Part shown: in pieces, positions 37,899-47,371 of the stretch
Position numbering within the stretch: the first letter of the stretch is position 1
Layout: each line of letters starts with the position of its first letter
IMG/VR virus record: IMGVR_UViG_3300044680_000280
Span: 342,735-406,734 of that record
DNA length: 64,000 nt
Reading direction: 5' to 3' (one strand)
Position numbers and translations under genes: made by a program
The notes under the pieces: generated by a model
The model's database searches: none
Seen by the model: the letters and a program-made list of their open reading frames with translations, nothing else
Told to the model about the DNA's origin: nothing

Positions 37899-38237
37899 AT
37901 GGATCCGGAAGAGTCGTTCTATCTCGTCGTATTCCTGTTCCTCGTTGCGGCCGCCCTCTTTTGGCTCTTGACGACTCTTGTCCGAGAGCGGAGAGATTCG
38001 GAAGGTTCAGTCACCCCTTCGTGGCGACAGTGGTGGGAAGAGGGGGACCGTGATGTGTCCCTTCCGCCCGTAAAGCTGGTGGGGGACTTCAGGAGGGAGC
38101 CGATCGAGTGGGCTCTGGGACCCGTGGCAACGTTTGGGGATCCTGATGAAGCTGACGGCGTCGCAGAACTGCTGTCTCAACTGCAATCCGGGGACCTTCC
38201 CGTCGAAGAGGAGTGGTTCATCGATGTTGCTGAGTGA
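37899..38237 (+). CDS. membrane-anchored hypothetical protein
   Basis: class I motif; N-terminal TM helix. Confidence 0.65.
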   Translation: MDPEESFYLVVFLFLVAAALFWLLTTLVRERRDSEGSVTPSWRQWWEEGDRDVSLPPVKLVGDFRREPIEWALGPVATFGDPDEADGVAELLSQLQSGDLPVEEEWFIDVAE

Positions 38238-38445
38238 CATCCAACCTGGTCTCCTGGTGTGGTACTGGGCCACACCAAGAAGTTCCCCGCCGTGGTCGAC
38301 GGTCCGCTACGAAAGCGCGGCGAGTCCTACGTCGTTCGTCTGATCGATCTTCCACCCGAGTACGGGACTTACCGAGGTTGTCCGGGAAAGACCCACGTCA
38401 ATGACGCGGCCGTTCACTGTTTGGACCCTCGTTTGGACTTGAACC
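38224..38445 (+). pseudogene. frameshifted Tudor/SH3-like gene
   Basis: MLLSDIQPGLLVWY continues plausibly as GHTKKFPAVVDGP only after a frame change near 38265. Confidence 0.4.
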
Positions 38446-38486
38446 CGGTCTACTTCGAAGCTGTACTGCTACGCAAGGAGAGCTAC

Positions 38487-38864
38487 ATGCCCAAAAAGAA
38501 CAAGACAGAATCCCCCGTGCCCGTCAAGAACGCGTCGTCCATCGAAGGCACGTTCACCTTGCTCATCTACGAGGAGGTGCCCGAAAACACGAACCTCTAC
38601 CTCATTCCCAACGAGGTCGCAAACTCGTACCGGGGCCACCTGCGAGAAGCGCACGGGAGGTACATCAATGCGGACCAATCGAACGACGGAATGCAGTTCC
38701 TCAGCAACGCGCTCGGGGAGCCGCGGGACTCGGACGAGCACTGGAAAGACATCGCCGGCGTCCTTCGCGAGTACAAGGTGGCCAAACAAGACAAGGACGG
38801 CAACATGCCCCAGATCACGGGCGTTGTCGTGACGGACGTCTGCATCTCGGGATTCATCCTCTAA
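38487..38864 (+). CDS. hypothetical protein
   Basis: class II promoter plus AAGGAG RBS. Confidence 0.75.
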   Translation: MPKKNKTESPVPVKNASSIEGTFTLLIYEEVPENTNLYLIPNEVANSYRGHLREAHGRYINADQSNDGMQFLSNALGEPRDSDEHWKDIAGVLREYKVAKQDKDGNMPQITGVVVTDVCISGFIL

Positions 38865-39136
38865 CGAGGACCCGCCGACTCGCACTCGTTAGTGGGGGTA
38901 CACACTGCGGTGGGTGCCCCCGCCGCCTTTTTGACGACCTTGTGCGGGTGCGTGATCCCTTTGAGCTTCTTCAGCCAGTCCGCCTCGATTCGAACGTCCC
39001 GACCGTTGGAACGGACCACGATGTCGGCGAAATGGCAGCCACGAAGGGGCGCCCCCTCCAGGGTACGACACATATAGTTGTATGTGCGTTTCCCAAACAC
39101 GAGACGTAGAAGAAACCTTCGGACGGCGTTCAACAT
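38861..39136 (-). CDS. hypothetical protein
   Basis: class I motif. Confidence 0.65.
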   Translation of the reverse strand: MLNAVRRFLLRLVFGKRTYNYMCRTLEGAPLRGCHFADIVVRSNGRDVRIEADWLKKLKGITHPHKVVKKAAGAPTAVCTPTNECESAGPR

Positions 39137-39160
39137 TCCGTCCTGATTACACCGATGGGG

Positions 39161-39424
39161 TTACTCGAGTCCGTCTAAAAGTTCACCGACCCGACTCGGG
39201 TGCACCTCTTCGAGGTGCTTTCGTACTTTGGCGAGAAAAGGCTTCCTAGAGGGAAGGTGCTGGTCGGCCGACCGGGTGATTGAGGCGAAAGCCAGGACGT
39301 GCTCTATGGGTAGGGCGGTGACAGGAAGATCTTGAAGGAGTTCGTCGACCTCGGTGAAAGCCCCGTCGAGAAGAAGAATGTTCACGTCCGCATAAATCAG
39401 GTCGAGCGCATCCTCAAGTTCCAT
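39161..39424 (-). CDS. hypothetical protein
   Basis: follows the lipoprotein gene; ALDLIY..LLLDGAF.EVD. Confidence 0.65.
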   Translation of the reverse strand: MELEDALDLIYADVNILLLDGAFTEVDELLQDLPVTALPIEHVLAFASITRSADQHLPSRKPFLAKVRKHLEEVHPSRVGELLDGLE

Positions 39425-39428
39425 GGCC

Positions 39429-39791
39429 TTACTCGGTTGGTTTCTTGACCCCAGAGGGTAGTGGTCCGAGAAGATTGGCGCAGCCATCGGCGCTGTAGGT
39501 CTGTCCCTCGATGACCGTCAATACCGTCGTTATGACCGATAGAGACGCCGCACTGACGATGCCCACGGCGAGCGCGTTCTTCGTGGCCGTGTTGGGGAAT
39601 TGGGTTTCCGCTGAGGCCATCGCCCCCTCCGACCCCGTCAGGACGAGTCCCGTGATTAAGGAGGTGTTGTGAACCCCCGCCAGGGTTTGGCATGAGGACA
39701 ACTGAGCCGGGGATGCGGTCGTCGGTCCCTTGGGGACGGCGGCCAAACAGCCCGACAGGAGGAGGAAACCAAGAGCCAGGATCTGTCGCAT
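39429..39791 (-). CDS. putative lipoprotein with hydrophobic hairpin
   Basis: MRQILALGFLLLSGC lipobox; GGAG RBS. Confidence 0.7.
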   Translation of the reverse strand: MRQILALGFLLLSGCLAAVPKGPTTASPAQLSSCQTLAGVHNTSLITGLVLTGSEGAMASAETQFPNTATKNALAVGIVSAASLSVITTVLTVIEGQTYSADGCANLLGPLPSGVKKPTE

Positions 39792-39834
39792 GCCTAGGGC
39801 TCCATATAAGTGAAATTTGGTGTAGACTAAAGTA

Positions 39835-40386
39835 GTGCCGACTTTCATCGTTCGCATTCCTGTGTCGGTTCATGATCCGTCCGTACAGGATCTGGAGGAA
39901 CGAGACCCGATGGGGAGGATAATACGAGACCCCGGGTACCACACTCGATTGGAAGTGGCGGTTGAGTGCGCGAACGAAAGGGAAGCGGTCGCCGTCCTAG
40001 CCTCGGAGCTGTCCAACGCAGGAATAGGGGCATTTCGTCGTCAAGAACAACCGATGGGATGCGCTTTTCGATTGAGGGTACAGAGAGATCTCGCTCCGTA
40101 CTTGAATGTGCCGAGTGAAGGCGAGTACCTAGGTCGTCGGCACATCATGCATGCGGGTACCATCGGTCAACTGGTGAGGCTTCACGACGGCTATTTCACC
40201 ATTCGAATCCATTTCAGCGAAGGCACTCTACTTTGGAAGGATTTCGAATTCAGTTTGAGCGAAATGGCCACACTCTGGGAACAAGTCAGTCCCCCGACAT
40301 TTCAGAATCAACAGGGATCGGAAGGGGCAAAGCCTTCGAAGGATAGACGGACCCTGTACCAACACATCATGGAAGAGGGTGATTAG
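39835..40386 (+). CDS. hypothetical protein with C-terminal RRTLYQHIMEEGD tag
   Basis: class I motif. Confidence 0.7.
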   Translation: MPTFIVRIPVSVHDPSVQDLEERDPMGRIIRDPGYHTRLEVAVECANEREAVAVLASELSNAGIGAFRRQEQPMGCAFRLRVQRDLAPYLNVPSEGEYLGRRHIMHAGTIGQLVRLHDGYFTIRIHFSEGTLLWKDFEFSLSEMATLWEQVSPPTFQNQQGSEGAKPSKDRRTLYQHIMEEGD

Positions 40387-40622
40387 TCCAGTCGGTCCCG
40401 ATAAACAGGATCCGTGTGGGTGGGTTGTCGCAACTTGAGGGGCCACGCCTCCATCTCGTCGCACTCGTCACATATCCAAGTGCCGTTCGACCGCTTTTTG
40501 AAGCCCATGTTGATCGCGTTTTGTTCGGCTCCTAAAGGTTCGTTCCAATCGTCGGCCGTTGACGTGTTGCAGCTAGGGGCGTCACAGCTAATCCACCAAT
40601 GCGTACGGTCGTGCAGTCCCAT
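40383..40622 (-). CDS. small zinc-binding protein (CDxxxC..CxxC)
   Basis: GAGGAG RBS. Confidence 0.65.
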   Translation of the reverse strand: MGLHDRTHWWISCDAPSCNTSTADDWNEPLGAEQNAINMGFKKRSNGTWICDECDEMEAWPLKLRQPTHTDPVYRDRLD

Positions 40623-40623
40623 A

Positions 40624-41217
40624 TCAGTCCTCCTCAAGCATGAGTCGTTCGTAAGAGCTCGTTCTGGGGGCGGTTGAGACCGGGTACTCGTCATCAAATT
40701 CTGGGGGTACGGATGTCCAAATCAAGTCCCCGCGGCCCACGGAACCAAGGGATTCGGCAATTTCTGAGTCGGTTGAGGGTCGAAAGTTACTGACAAGAGC
40801 CAGGACGTTGACCTCAAGGAACTCCGACGGCACCCCTAAGTCGTCAATCTCATTCATCGGGGCGGGGTTCAGATGGGCAAGATGACCGTTGTAGTGGTCG
40901 ATTCTCCATGCAAGAGGGTTAGGGAGTTGGATATTACTAACCCAACTGAACAGTTCAATCCACCGTAATGCTTCAGCTCTACCTAGGTAATGGAAAGCCG
41001 AGTATTCCGCTGTCAGGGCCGCAATAGGAATCCACCAATGATCGAATGGTTCCGAGTGTAACGTCACAAGGTGAGCCTGACCGTTCCGAACTTCCACGAC
41101 CTGAACCGTGTGCCCAGTACCCGCGAAGTTTTCCTCAATGGTCGCCAGGGTGAAATACATCCACCGAGTTCCGTTGAAGTCGCAGTCTGCCGTATTTGGA
41201 AGAGCAGGTCTGGGCAT
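40624..41217 (-). CDS. hypothetical protein with C-terminal RTSSYERLMLEED tag
   Basis: class I motif. Confidence 0.7.
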   Translation of the reverse strand: MPRPALPNTADCDFNGTRWMYFTLATIEENFAGTGHTVQVVEVRNGQAHLVTLHSEPFDHWWIPIAALTAEYSAFHYLGRAEALRWIELFSWVSNIQLPNPLAWRIDHYNGHLAHLNPAPMNEIDDLGVPSEFLEVNVLALVSNFRPSTDSEIAESLGSVGRGDLIWTSVPPEFDDEYPVSTAPRTSSYERLMLEED

Positions 41218-41227
41218 GGTGTTAAGT

Positions 41228-42043
41228 CTACACCGGACGCTTCGGCGGGACTTCTTTCAAAGCGGTTAGAACGCCATACCGCTCGAGGTCCTTCAACTCT
41301 CGATCCTCCGGTTTCCGAAAAACCCATAGATAGCTGTGTCGTTTGCGGGCATGCTGCTGAACCACGTGTTGGACCACCGGGTCCTTGTTCTGGACGAGCA
41401 CAAATAAGTCCTTCGCGTAAAGTCCCATATTGAGGGCGTCCCTCATGACTTCTACATGCGACCAGCGATTAAAAGAACTCTCCACCTCATCCTGACACTT
41501 GACCCATATTAGCCCCCCTTTTTTGACGAACCGCTTAGCCTCAAGCATTCCGTCTCGATAGAGCTCGATGATATCGTTGTGGTACATACCTCGAGTTGTT
41601 TCGCTGTTCTGGTAGTTTGCGTTGACGATCATCTGCCCCGGGTTGTGGGCGTACGGGGGGTCCAAGACGGCGACGTCGAAGGAGTCATCCGGATACTTGT
41701 CCCGGGGAAGGCTACGGAAGTCGTACGGGGCATCGGGGCACGTGATGATGTCCGATTTGTGAAAATCGTACCGTCGAAGGTGTATGCCTCTCCAGAAGAC
41801 ACCCTTGCCCCAGGTCACGTCAGCGACCTTGCTCCCATTGGGCAAGTACATACGGCAAACCTCTTTGACCAAGGCGCTATTGTTTTGGGCGACGTACGCA
41901 CTGTAGACGGGACGGTTGAAGTCGAGGGGCTCGTCCTCCGCACCGCCTAAATTGGCATCGTCAAGGCGCTCACACTCTTCGGCTTCGTTGAGGGTCCCGA
42001 ATGTCTCACCGCAAATATCACAAGCGAAGAAGGGGGTGGGCAT
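41228..42043 (-). CDS. amino (N6A/N4C) DNA methyltransferase-like protein
   Basis: SAM motif VADVTWGKGVFW, catalytic VLDPPY, GGLIWVKCQD; class I motif. Confidence 0.8.
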   Translation of the reverse strand: MPTPFFACDICGETFGTLNEAEECERLDDANLGGAEDEPLDFNRPVYSAYVAQNNSALVKEVCRMYLPNGSKVADVTWGKGVFWRGIHLRRYDFHKSDIITCPDAPYDFRSLPRDKYPDDSFDVAVLDPPYAHNPGQMIVNANYQNSETTRGMYHNDIIELYRDGMLEAKRFVKKGGLIWVKCQDEVESSFNRWSHVEVMRDALNMGLYAKDLFVLVQNKDPVVQHVVQQHARKRHSYLWVFRKPEDRELKDLERYGVLTALKEVPPKRPV

Positions 42044-42063
42044 AGCCGCCCCCTTACACCTAT

Positions 42064-43224
42064 TTAGAGTTGGATCTCGGTCAAAATGGTTGAAAGATTC
42101 TTACAACCCCTGATGCATAGCGCGTAGTCAAGGAAGAGTCCCTCCCTCTCGTTGCCATCGCCCTCGTGGATGTAACCAAAATCGTTCCGATCCCGGCTAG
42201 GGGTATCGAACACGGACCACTTTCTTATTAGGTTGGCCCACCAGAGATCATTTACGTCCTCGTACAGCGTAAATGGGTGCTGGTGACACTTCAGTGACGG
42301 ATCGAAAAGAATCATACCCATGACGGTCGTCATGCCGACATGTTCCTCGGGAACCCATAGACTGGTCGGAGAGGAATACAAGAAGCAGTTTTTGACATAA
42401 CGGTGTAAACCGCTAAAGTCCCTAACTCCAGTTTCCTCGGTATACGTAGAGGCAAGCTTTTCTAAGGAGTTTTCGTTCCCACGTAGAAAGAGCAGGCATA
42501 AGCAAGCAAGCTCCTGGAAGAAGCTATTCGTCGCTTCTCGAAACCCCTTGTGCTTTGCAAAGGGTTTACCTAAGGTGTACCCTCTTTGATACAGCTCCTG
42601 TACGAACCATTTCAGACCGTGGTCTTGCAGAACCCGGTTCTGCAAATTTCCGTATTGGTCAAGGAGCATCCTGTACTCCTCGGATACTCCAATAGAGCTT
42701 CCGTCTTTTAGCACTTCGAATGTGACACGAGTGAGGCTAGAGGCATTGACTAGGGACGGAGGTGAGCCGCCTAAGCCCTTGAGGGAGTACCCGTGTTTGA
42801 CATCCTTTCTCACTTCTATTTTCAGGTCTACTTTGGTTGTGTTTGGGGCAGCCCCATGGGGTATTCTGAGTTTTGAGGACACTTCGATTGCATCTTTGTT
42901 TGGGCGCCGGGCCGCTGCCTTTATCGAGCGTATGTGCGACTCGAGGAGCTCGTTTAGGCTTAGTTGAGCGTACTTCGGAGTCCCAGGATATCGGTCAAAT
43001 CTCGGGAACTCTTTATTGCCGACCCACAGAGCCTCATATTCGATGTTCATCTTTTTTGTGGCACTGTAGATGGGCTGACCCAACGCAATGTGATTGCGGG
43101 CGATCATTTCCGCCATCTCCCCAAGGTTGGGCCCATTTCGATGGACTTCTGGCGGATCCGACGGGAGTTTAAGCCCTAGAGCTTGCTGGTAATCCTCGTC
43201 GTCGCACTCGTACTCTTCAAACAT
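42064..43224 (-). CDS. hypothetical protein
   Basis: about 386 aa; class I motif. Confidence 0.7.
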   Translation of the reverse strand: MFEEYECDDEDYQQALGLKLPSDPPEVHRNGPNLGEMAEMIARNHIALGQPIYSATKKMNIEYEALWVGNKEFPRFDRYPGTPKYAQLSLNELLESHIRSIKAAARRPNKDAIEVSSKLRIPHGAAPNTTKVDLKIEVRKDVKHGYSLKGLGGSPPSLVNASSLTRVTFEVLKDGSSIGVSEEYRMLLDQYGNLQNRVLQDHGLKWFVQELYQRGYTLGKPFAKHKGFREATNSFFQELACLCLLFLRGNENSLEKLASTYTEETGVRDFSGLHRYVKNCFLYSSPTSLWVPEEHVGMTTVMGMILFDPSLKCHQHPFTLYEDVNDLWWANLIRKWSVFDTPSRDRNDFGYIHEGDGNEREGLFLDYALCIRGCKNLSTILTEIQL

Positions 43225-43243
43225 ACGATGGGTTACACCGACG

Positions 43244-43564
43244 TCAGAAGCCACTTCCCGGGCAAATGTCTGGGGGGAACCCGTGCTCGAAAAGCCATTC
43301 GACGTCGACGCCCTTTTGGTACGGGCTGTCGAGCGAGGAGAACTGTCCTGACCAAGAGAACCGTCTCAGGGTTCCCGTGTATCGGTCGAACCCCGGTTGA
43401 TGGATCGAGGCAAGGCCGAGGACTTTGGAGCCCCACGCGCGCGCCGTGGGTTGGCTACATGCCGTACAGATGAACACCCAAGCGCTCCCGTTCGCTCGAG
43501 ACTCGAGGCAGGGCGACATTTTGGGGTGGAGAGAACAACGCGGAACGTTTCTGACGGGGGTCAT
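43244..43564 (-). CDS. zinc-motif hypothetical protein
   Basis: class I motif. Confidence 0.6.
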   Translation of the reverse strand: MTPVRNVPRCSLHPKMSPCLESRANGSAWVFICTACSQPTARAWGSKVLGLASIHQPGFDRYTGTLRRFSWSGQFSSLDSPYQKGVDVEWLFEHGFPPDICPGSGF

Positions 43565-43569
43565 TCCCC

Positions 43570-44184
43570 CTACTTTACACCAGATTCACCTTCCGTACCG
43601 TCCGACTGAAGGAAGTTTTGAGCAACGTAGTACCCGTCAGGCAGTTCGCTCCAAACGTCATCGGTTTTGACCCGCAGGATCCGCCACACGGGGCGACCCC
43701 CGGGCGTGAAATGAACTCGACCCTCGAGCTCTAATTGAACTCCGGGCATAAATGGTCGGTTCAGAATGCGCACGGGGCGGAGCAGCACGCGAGTGGTTGT
43801 CGGCACGGGACTCCTTGATGCCGACTGAATTTGAATCGCGATTCCCGCAACGTACGCCGCCTTGGTGATGGTTTCGAACGGCTGCACGGGGTCACCCTTA
43901 TCATTGCGGTACCACGTGCCGTTCAGGGAAATCCTGAACATGCGCTTTTGCTGGTGGTGGACGGGCAGGATTTCCCAAATGTTATCCCCGCATTCGTACC
44001 TCCATTTGTCTACACCTGTGCTCCGCCAAGGGCGGTCGCCGCGGTGTCCCCCTGTGTTGTTGCTCATGACCGAAGTACAACCGGCCCCCCAACATGGTTC
44101 AAGTATTTCACGCAATTTTTTCAATTCGACGGGCTGGCCGGGGCTTTTTGTCAAAACCCGGTGAATAACCCTTGACGTCCCCAT
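43570..44184 (-). CDS. hypothetical protein
   Basis: about 200-aa ORF in a minus-strand run. Confidence 0.6.
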   Translation of the reverse strand: MGTSRVIHRVLTKSPGQPVELKKLREILEPCWGAGCTSVMSNNTGGHRGDRPWRSTGVDKWRYECGDNIWEILPVHHQQKRMFRISLNGTWYRNDKGDPVQPFETITKAAYVAGIAIQIQSASRSPVPTTTRVLLRPVRILNRPFMPGVQLELEGRVHFTPGGRPVWRILRVKTDDVWSELPDGYYVAQNFLQSDGTEGESGVK

Positions 44185-44213
44185 TGAGGGGTGATTGAAG
44201 AACGCATACACCC

Positions 44214-44480
44214 ATGAACCAATTCGACCCGACCCTGATTCTCACCTGGAAAACCATGATCAACGTCGCAAAGAACGTGCCGGGGATACCATTGAGGCTC
44301 GTACGGGATATGTCCGACCGAATCGACGAACTCCTAGCGGTTCCAGACTCGGAGTTCCTCGAACAAGTCCGAGCTTTCGAGGCTGTCGTCGACGCTCGAA
44401 GAAACTTGAGCCGCGCGCTTTTTTGCTCGTACGACGCCGTTCCCGTTCCCGTTCCCGTTCGCCCGGCTACGCTGGGCTAG
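44214..44480 (+). CDS. hypothetical protein
   Basis: 88-aa helical ORF. Confidence 0.5.
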   Translation: MNQFDPTLILTWKTMINVAKNVPGIPLRLVRDMSDRIDELLAVPDSEFLEQVRAFEAVVDARRNLSRALFCSYDAVPVPVPVRPATLG

Positions 44481-45491
44481 ATCAAACGGGACGAGGCGTG
44501 AGCATCGGTAATGGACGAGGTCACCCGTTGCAGTCTGAGACACGTCCTTCACGACCGGTTTCCTGCATACCACACATGTTGACATCTCCCCCACCTCGGA
44601 GCTGAAGCTTTGGCATGATCTAGCCCAGCAGTCAACAATCGTTTTCACTGGGCTTGTCAAGGAGTTGGCGCCGATGCTAATCAGTTCGGGCTAATGCCAG
44701 TGCTGACGGTCGCAGACTTCCCCAGGTTCCGTTCTCGCTCGATCTCAATGGAGAATAGCGCCGCCCATTGTGCGGGCGTCAGGTGGTCGAGGACCTGAGT
44801 GACATTTCGGACAACGAGGTAGTACCCGTCCTCAACCTGCTCGTCGGACAGATCAACACTCTGACCGTCGGCAATGAGATACGTGGCCACAATCGCATAC
44901 GAACCGTTCTTCCTCAAAATGACGACTTGCACATTGCTCCTTGCAGATGTTGCAGATGGACGGACTGCACCACGAAAGATTGAAAGTTGGGGTGGGGGGT
45001 AAATACTCCCACTGTGGAATAGTACACCGAGCCGAAACAATTCAGTCAGGTATTTGGAAGTTATTTGGATGTATGCACCGGCTTACCAGCCGGTCAAACC
45101 CGTCGAACTGTAGCCTTTCGCCACTATGCATGAGTTTACGTGACACATTTGATCCCACCTTCTGAAAATTCCAGCCGTACGGGTGAGTTACGGCGGAGCT
45201 GGATAAAAATGGGCTCGGGGAGACCATGGTCAAGGGGTGCACGCCTTGTGGGAAAACCGTGTGAAACAAAACTCCTTCAAGATACACCGATTCGTAACAA
45301 AACCAGCCATTTTATTTCGCAAAATGCAGAGGCCGTCTGCAAAAAACCCCCTCTGAACACCGTGGCAGTAGTGTAATGGTTTCCGATACTTGCGACCATC
45401 CGTACCGAACGGTACAGGTGGCCCCGGTCTTGCACCTCTTACGCGGCGACACGGGAAACCACCCAATCAAACAAGTAGAGAGACATTCCAA

Positions 45492-46058
45492 ATGAGCATC
45501 AACGATCAGACTGCGGTTCACGAGATTTCCGAGCACGAGGCCACCTTCACGAAGATTTTGGCTCGCCAACGTCGAAGTCATGGTCGGGCACGGTCGAAAA
45601 ACTGGGCGAACTCTTCTTTGCCCGACTCACAACCGTACATCCTCGTAGGCAGCCCCGTCAATAATATCGTCGCCCTCAAGAAAGCGACGTGGGGCTGCAA
45701 CCGCGAAATGACTTACAAAAACGGTGACCCATTTCTCTGGTACGAGTCGGCCGAACGAGCCGAAAACGGCGATCACAAGGGCGGCGGACGCGGCATCTTC
45801 GCCGTGGGCGAGTTTACCAGTGATGTCTTCGAGAGCCGCGCGAAGCTCTGGCCAGACGGCCTCTACCCGTACCGCGTTGGGATCCGCATCGTCCGCCTCC
45901 TCGAGAGCACCGTGGACATGGCAGCCTTGAAGGAGACCCTGGCCCCCGACGCGGGCGTCAACTGGCGGTTCGTTCGCCGCGACCGTCAACTGAGCGACGA
46001 GGAGTGGACCGCCCTCAAGCCGATCCTTGCCCGTATGGTCAACAGCTCGAAGAACTGA
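45492..46058 (+). CDS. EVE (PUA-like) domain protein
   Basis: YILVGSP.N....WG, GDPFLWYES, GIFAVGEFTSDVF..LW.D..YPYRV.I, LSDEEW. Confidence 0.75.
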   Translation: MSINDQTAVHEISEHEATFTKILARQRRSHGRARSKNWANSSLPDSQPYILVGSPVNNIVALKKATWGCNREMTYKNGDPFLWYESAERAENGDHKGGGRGIFAVGEFTSDVFESRAKLWPDGLYPYRVGIRIVRLLESTVDMAALKETLAPDAGVNWRFVRRDRQLSDEEWTALKPILARMVNSSKN

Positions 46059-46074
46059 GCCATTATTACCGGGC

Positions 46075-46776
46075 TTAGCGCTTCACCATCTTGTCGAGCT
46101 CTGCAAGAACCTCGTCGCTGGTAGCGAGAGCATCGCCGCTACCTCTGAGGATCTCGGTCATGCGAGCGTACAGCTTGGGACACGAGCCGGACGGAAGCTC
46201 CTCCTCATATAGCTTCTCGAGCTCGTCCCACGCCTCGGCCAATCCCGCCCACTCCGAGTTCGACCTCATCTCTCCGATGCGATCACGCCAGCCGGGAATC
46301 GCCTCCAACAAGCGGTGACACCGCCCGAAGTCGTCGGGATCCCTCGGAACCGTGTTCTTCTCTGTTGGCGCTATCCCCTCCCTTAGTTGTCGCCAAATCG
46401 CCTTCGATGAGCGACCCGTGTCGGGTCCGTTCCACCACCGCTCGGGATCCCCCTTGTAGTCAAGTCTCGGACACGCTTTGGGCTCGTGCCCGAACCTTAG
46501 GCAGTGAAAGCACGAGAGTCCCAACGCCTTGATCAGGCGGCACTTCTTGTGCTCCTTGTCGAATGCCTTACTAATCGCGGTGAAGACGTTCATTGAGACG
46601 GGCAGTGTCGGCTGGTAAGTCTCCCCGCACCTTCGGCAGAAAAGTGTGCCATTTGCGAGAAATCGCACATGACTTTCCTTCTTTTTCGGGCTCGGTTTGC
46701 TGGAGTTCGGAATCATGACCACTTGCACACTTTGAGCGATGCCCGGTATTGAGCTCACCTGCATTAGCATACCCAT
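46075..46776 (-). CDS. hypothetical phage protein (DTG.SS..IW / P.DPDDFGRC..LL)
   Basis: class I motif. Confidence 0.75.
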   Translation of the reverse strand: MGMLMQVSSIPGIAQSVQVVMIPNSSKPSPKKKESHVRFLANGTLFCRRCGETYQPTLPVSMNVFTAISKAFDKEHKKCRLIKALGLSCFHCLRFGHEPKACPRLDYKGDPERWWNGPDTGRSSKAIWRQLREGIAPTEKNTVPRDPDDFGRCHRLLEAIPGWRDRIGEMRSNSEWAGLAEAWDELEKLYEEELPSGSCPKLYARMTEILRGSGDALATSDEVLAELDKMVKR

Positions 46777-46801
46777 AGGGTACTCATACACCGACTAGGG
46801 G

Positions 46802-47341
46802 GTGAGTCTTACCTCTCGCGTCGTTGCTCGGTATCTGAACCGTCAGGCGGACCTATCCCCACCGATCGGTCACCCAGGTGGACCGTGCCAAGTCGTCGAC
46901 CGAGTCGAAAAGAACATTCGAACTCCACATCTTCGCCAGCACCTCATAGAAGAGGTGGAAATGGGCGGCACCCTCTCGAACCCCGACGCCGCCAAGGTCT
47001 ACCGTACCGAAATTGAGCACGGAAAAGGCCTGTTCAAGACCTTGGTCTTCGGACCTCATGCGCAATACCGCATGGACCTACGAAGCGTGACGATTCCCCA
47101 AGTACGGGCCGCGCTCGAGGTTCTGTCCCGCAAGTATTTTGACCTCAAGTCCAGGGGAGGGCCCGATTTTCAAGAGCTCGATCGTGCCCTCCAGAGGGAA
47201 CGGTTCGTTTGGACGGCGCCGAAGTTGGGTCTGACCGTCGTCTTTGTCCTCAAGGACCAAGGATCGGCCCACCTCATCACGGCGTACTGGGAGGGGGAGC
47301 CAGACCCAAAAGCGACGCCCGGGGAGTGCGAGCCAGGTTGA
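46802..47341 (+). CDS. hypothetical protein; N-terminal RVVARYL, C-terminal DUF4258/RelE-like pattern
   Basis: HAQYRMDLRSVT..LTVVF..LITAYW. Confidence 0.55.
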   Translation: MSLTSRVVARYLNRQADLSPPIGHPGGPCQVVDRVEKNIRTPHLRQHLIEEVEMGGTLSNPDAAKVYRTEIEHGKGLFKTLVFGPHAQYRMDLRSVTIPQVRAALEVLSRKYFDLKSRGGPDFQELDRALQRERFVWTAPKLGLTVVFVLKDQGSAHLITAYWEGEPDPKATPGECEPG

Positions 47342-47371
47342 ACTCCGGTCTCCCCGGGCTGTATTGCCCCC

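Noticed and set aside
45364-45440. tRNA-like start (GTAGTGTAATGGT resembles a D-arm)
   Set aside because: No TTCGA T-loop, acceptor stem or anticodon arm; better read as a -10 element plus leader.
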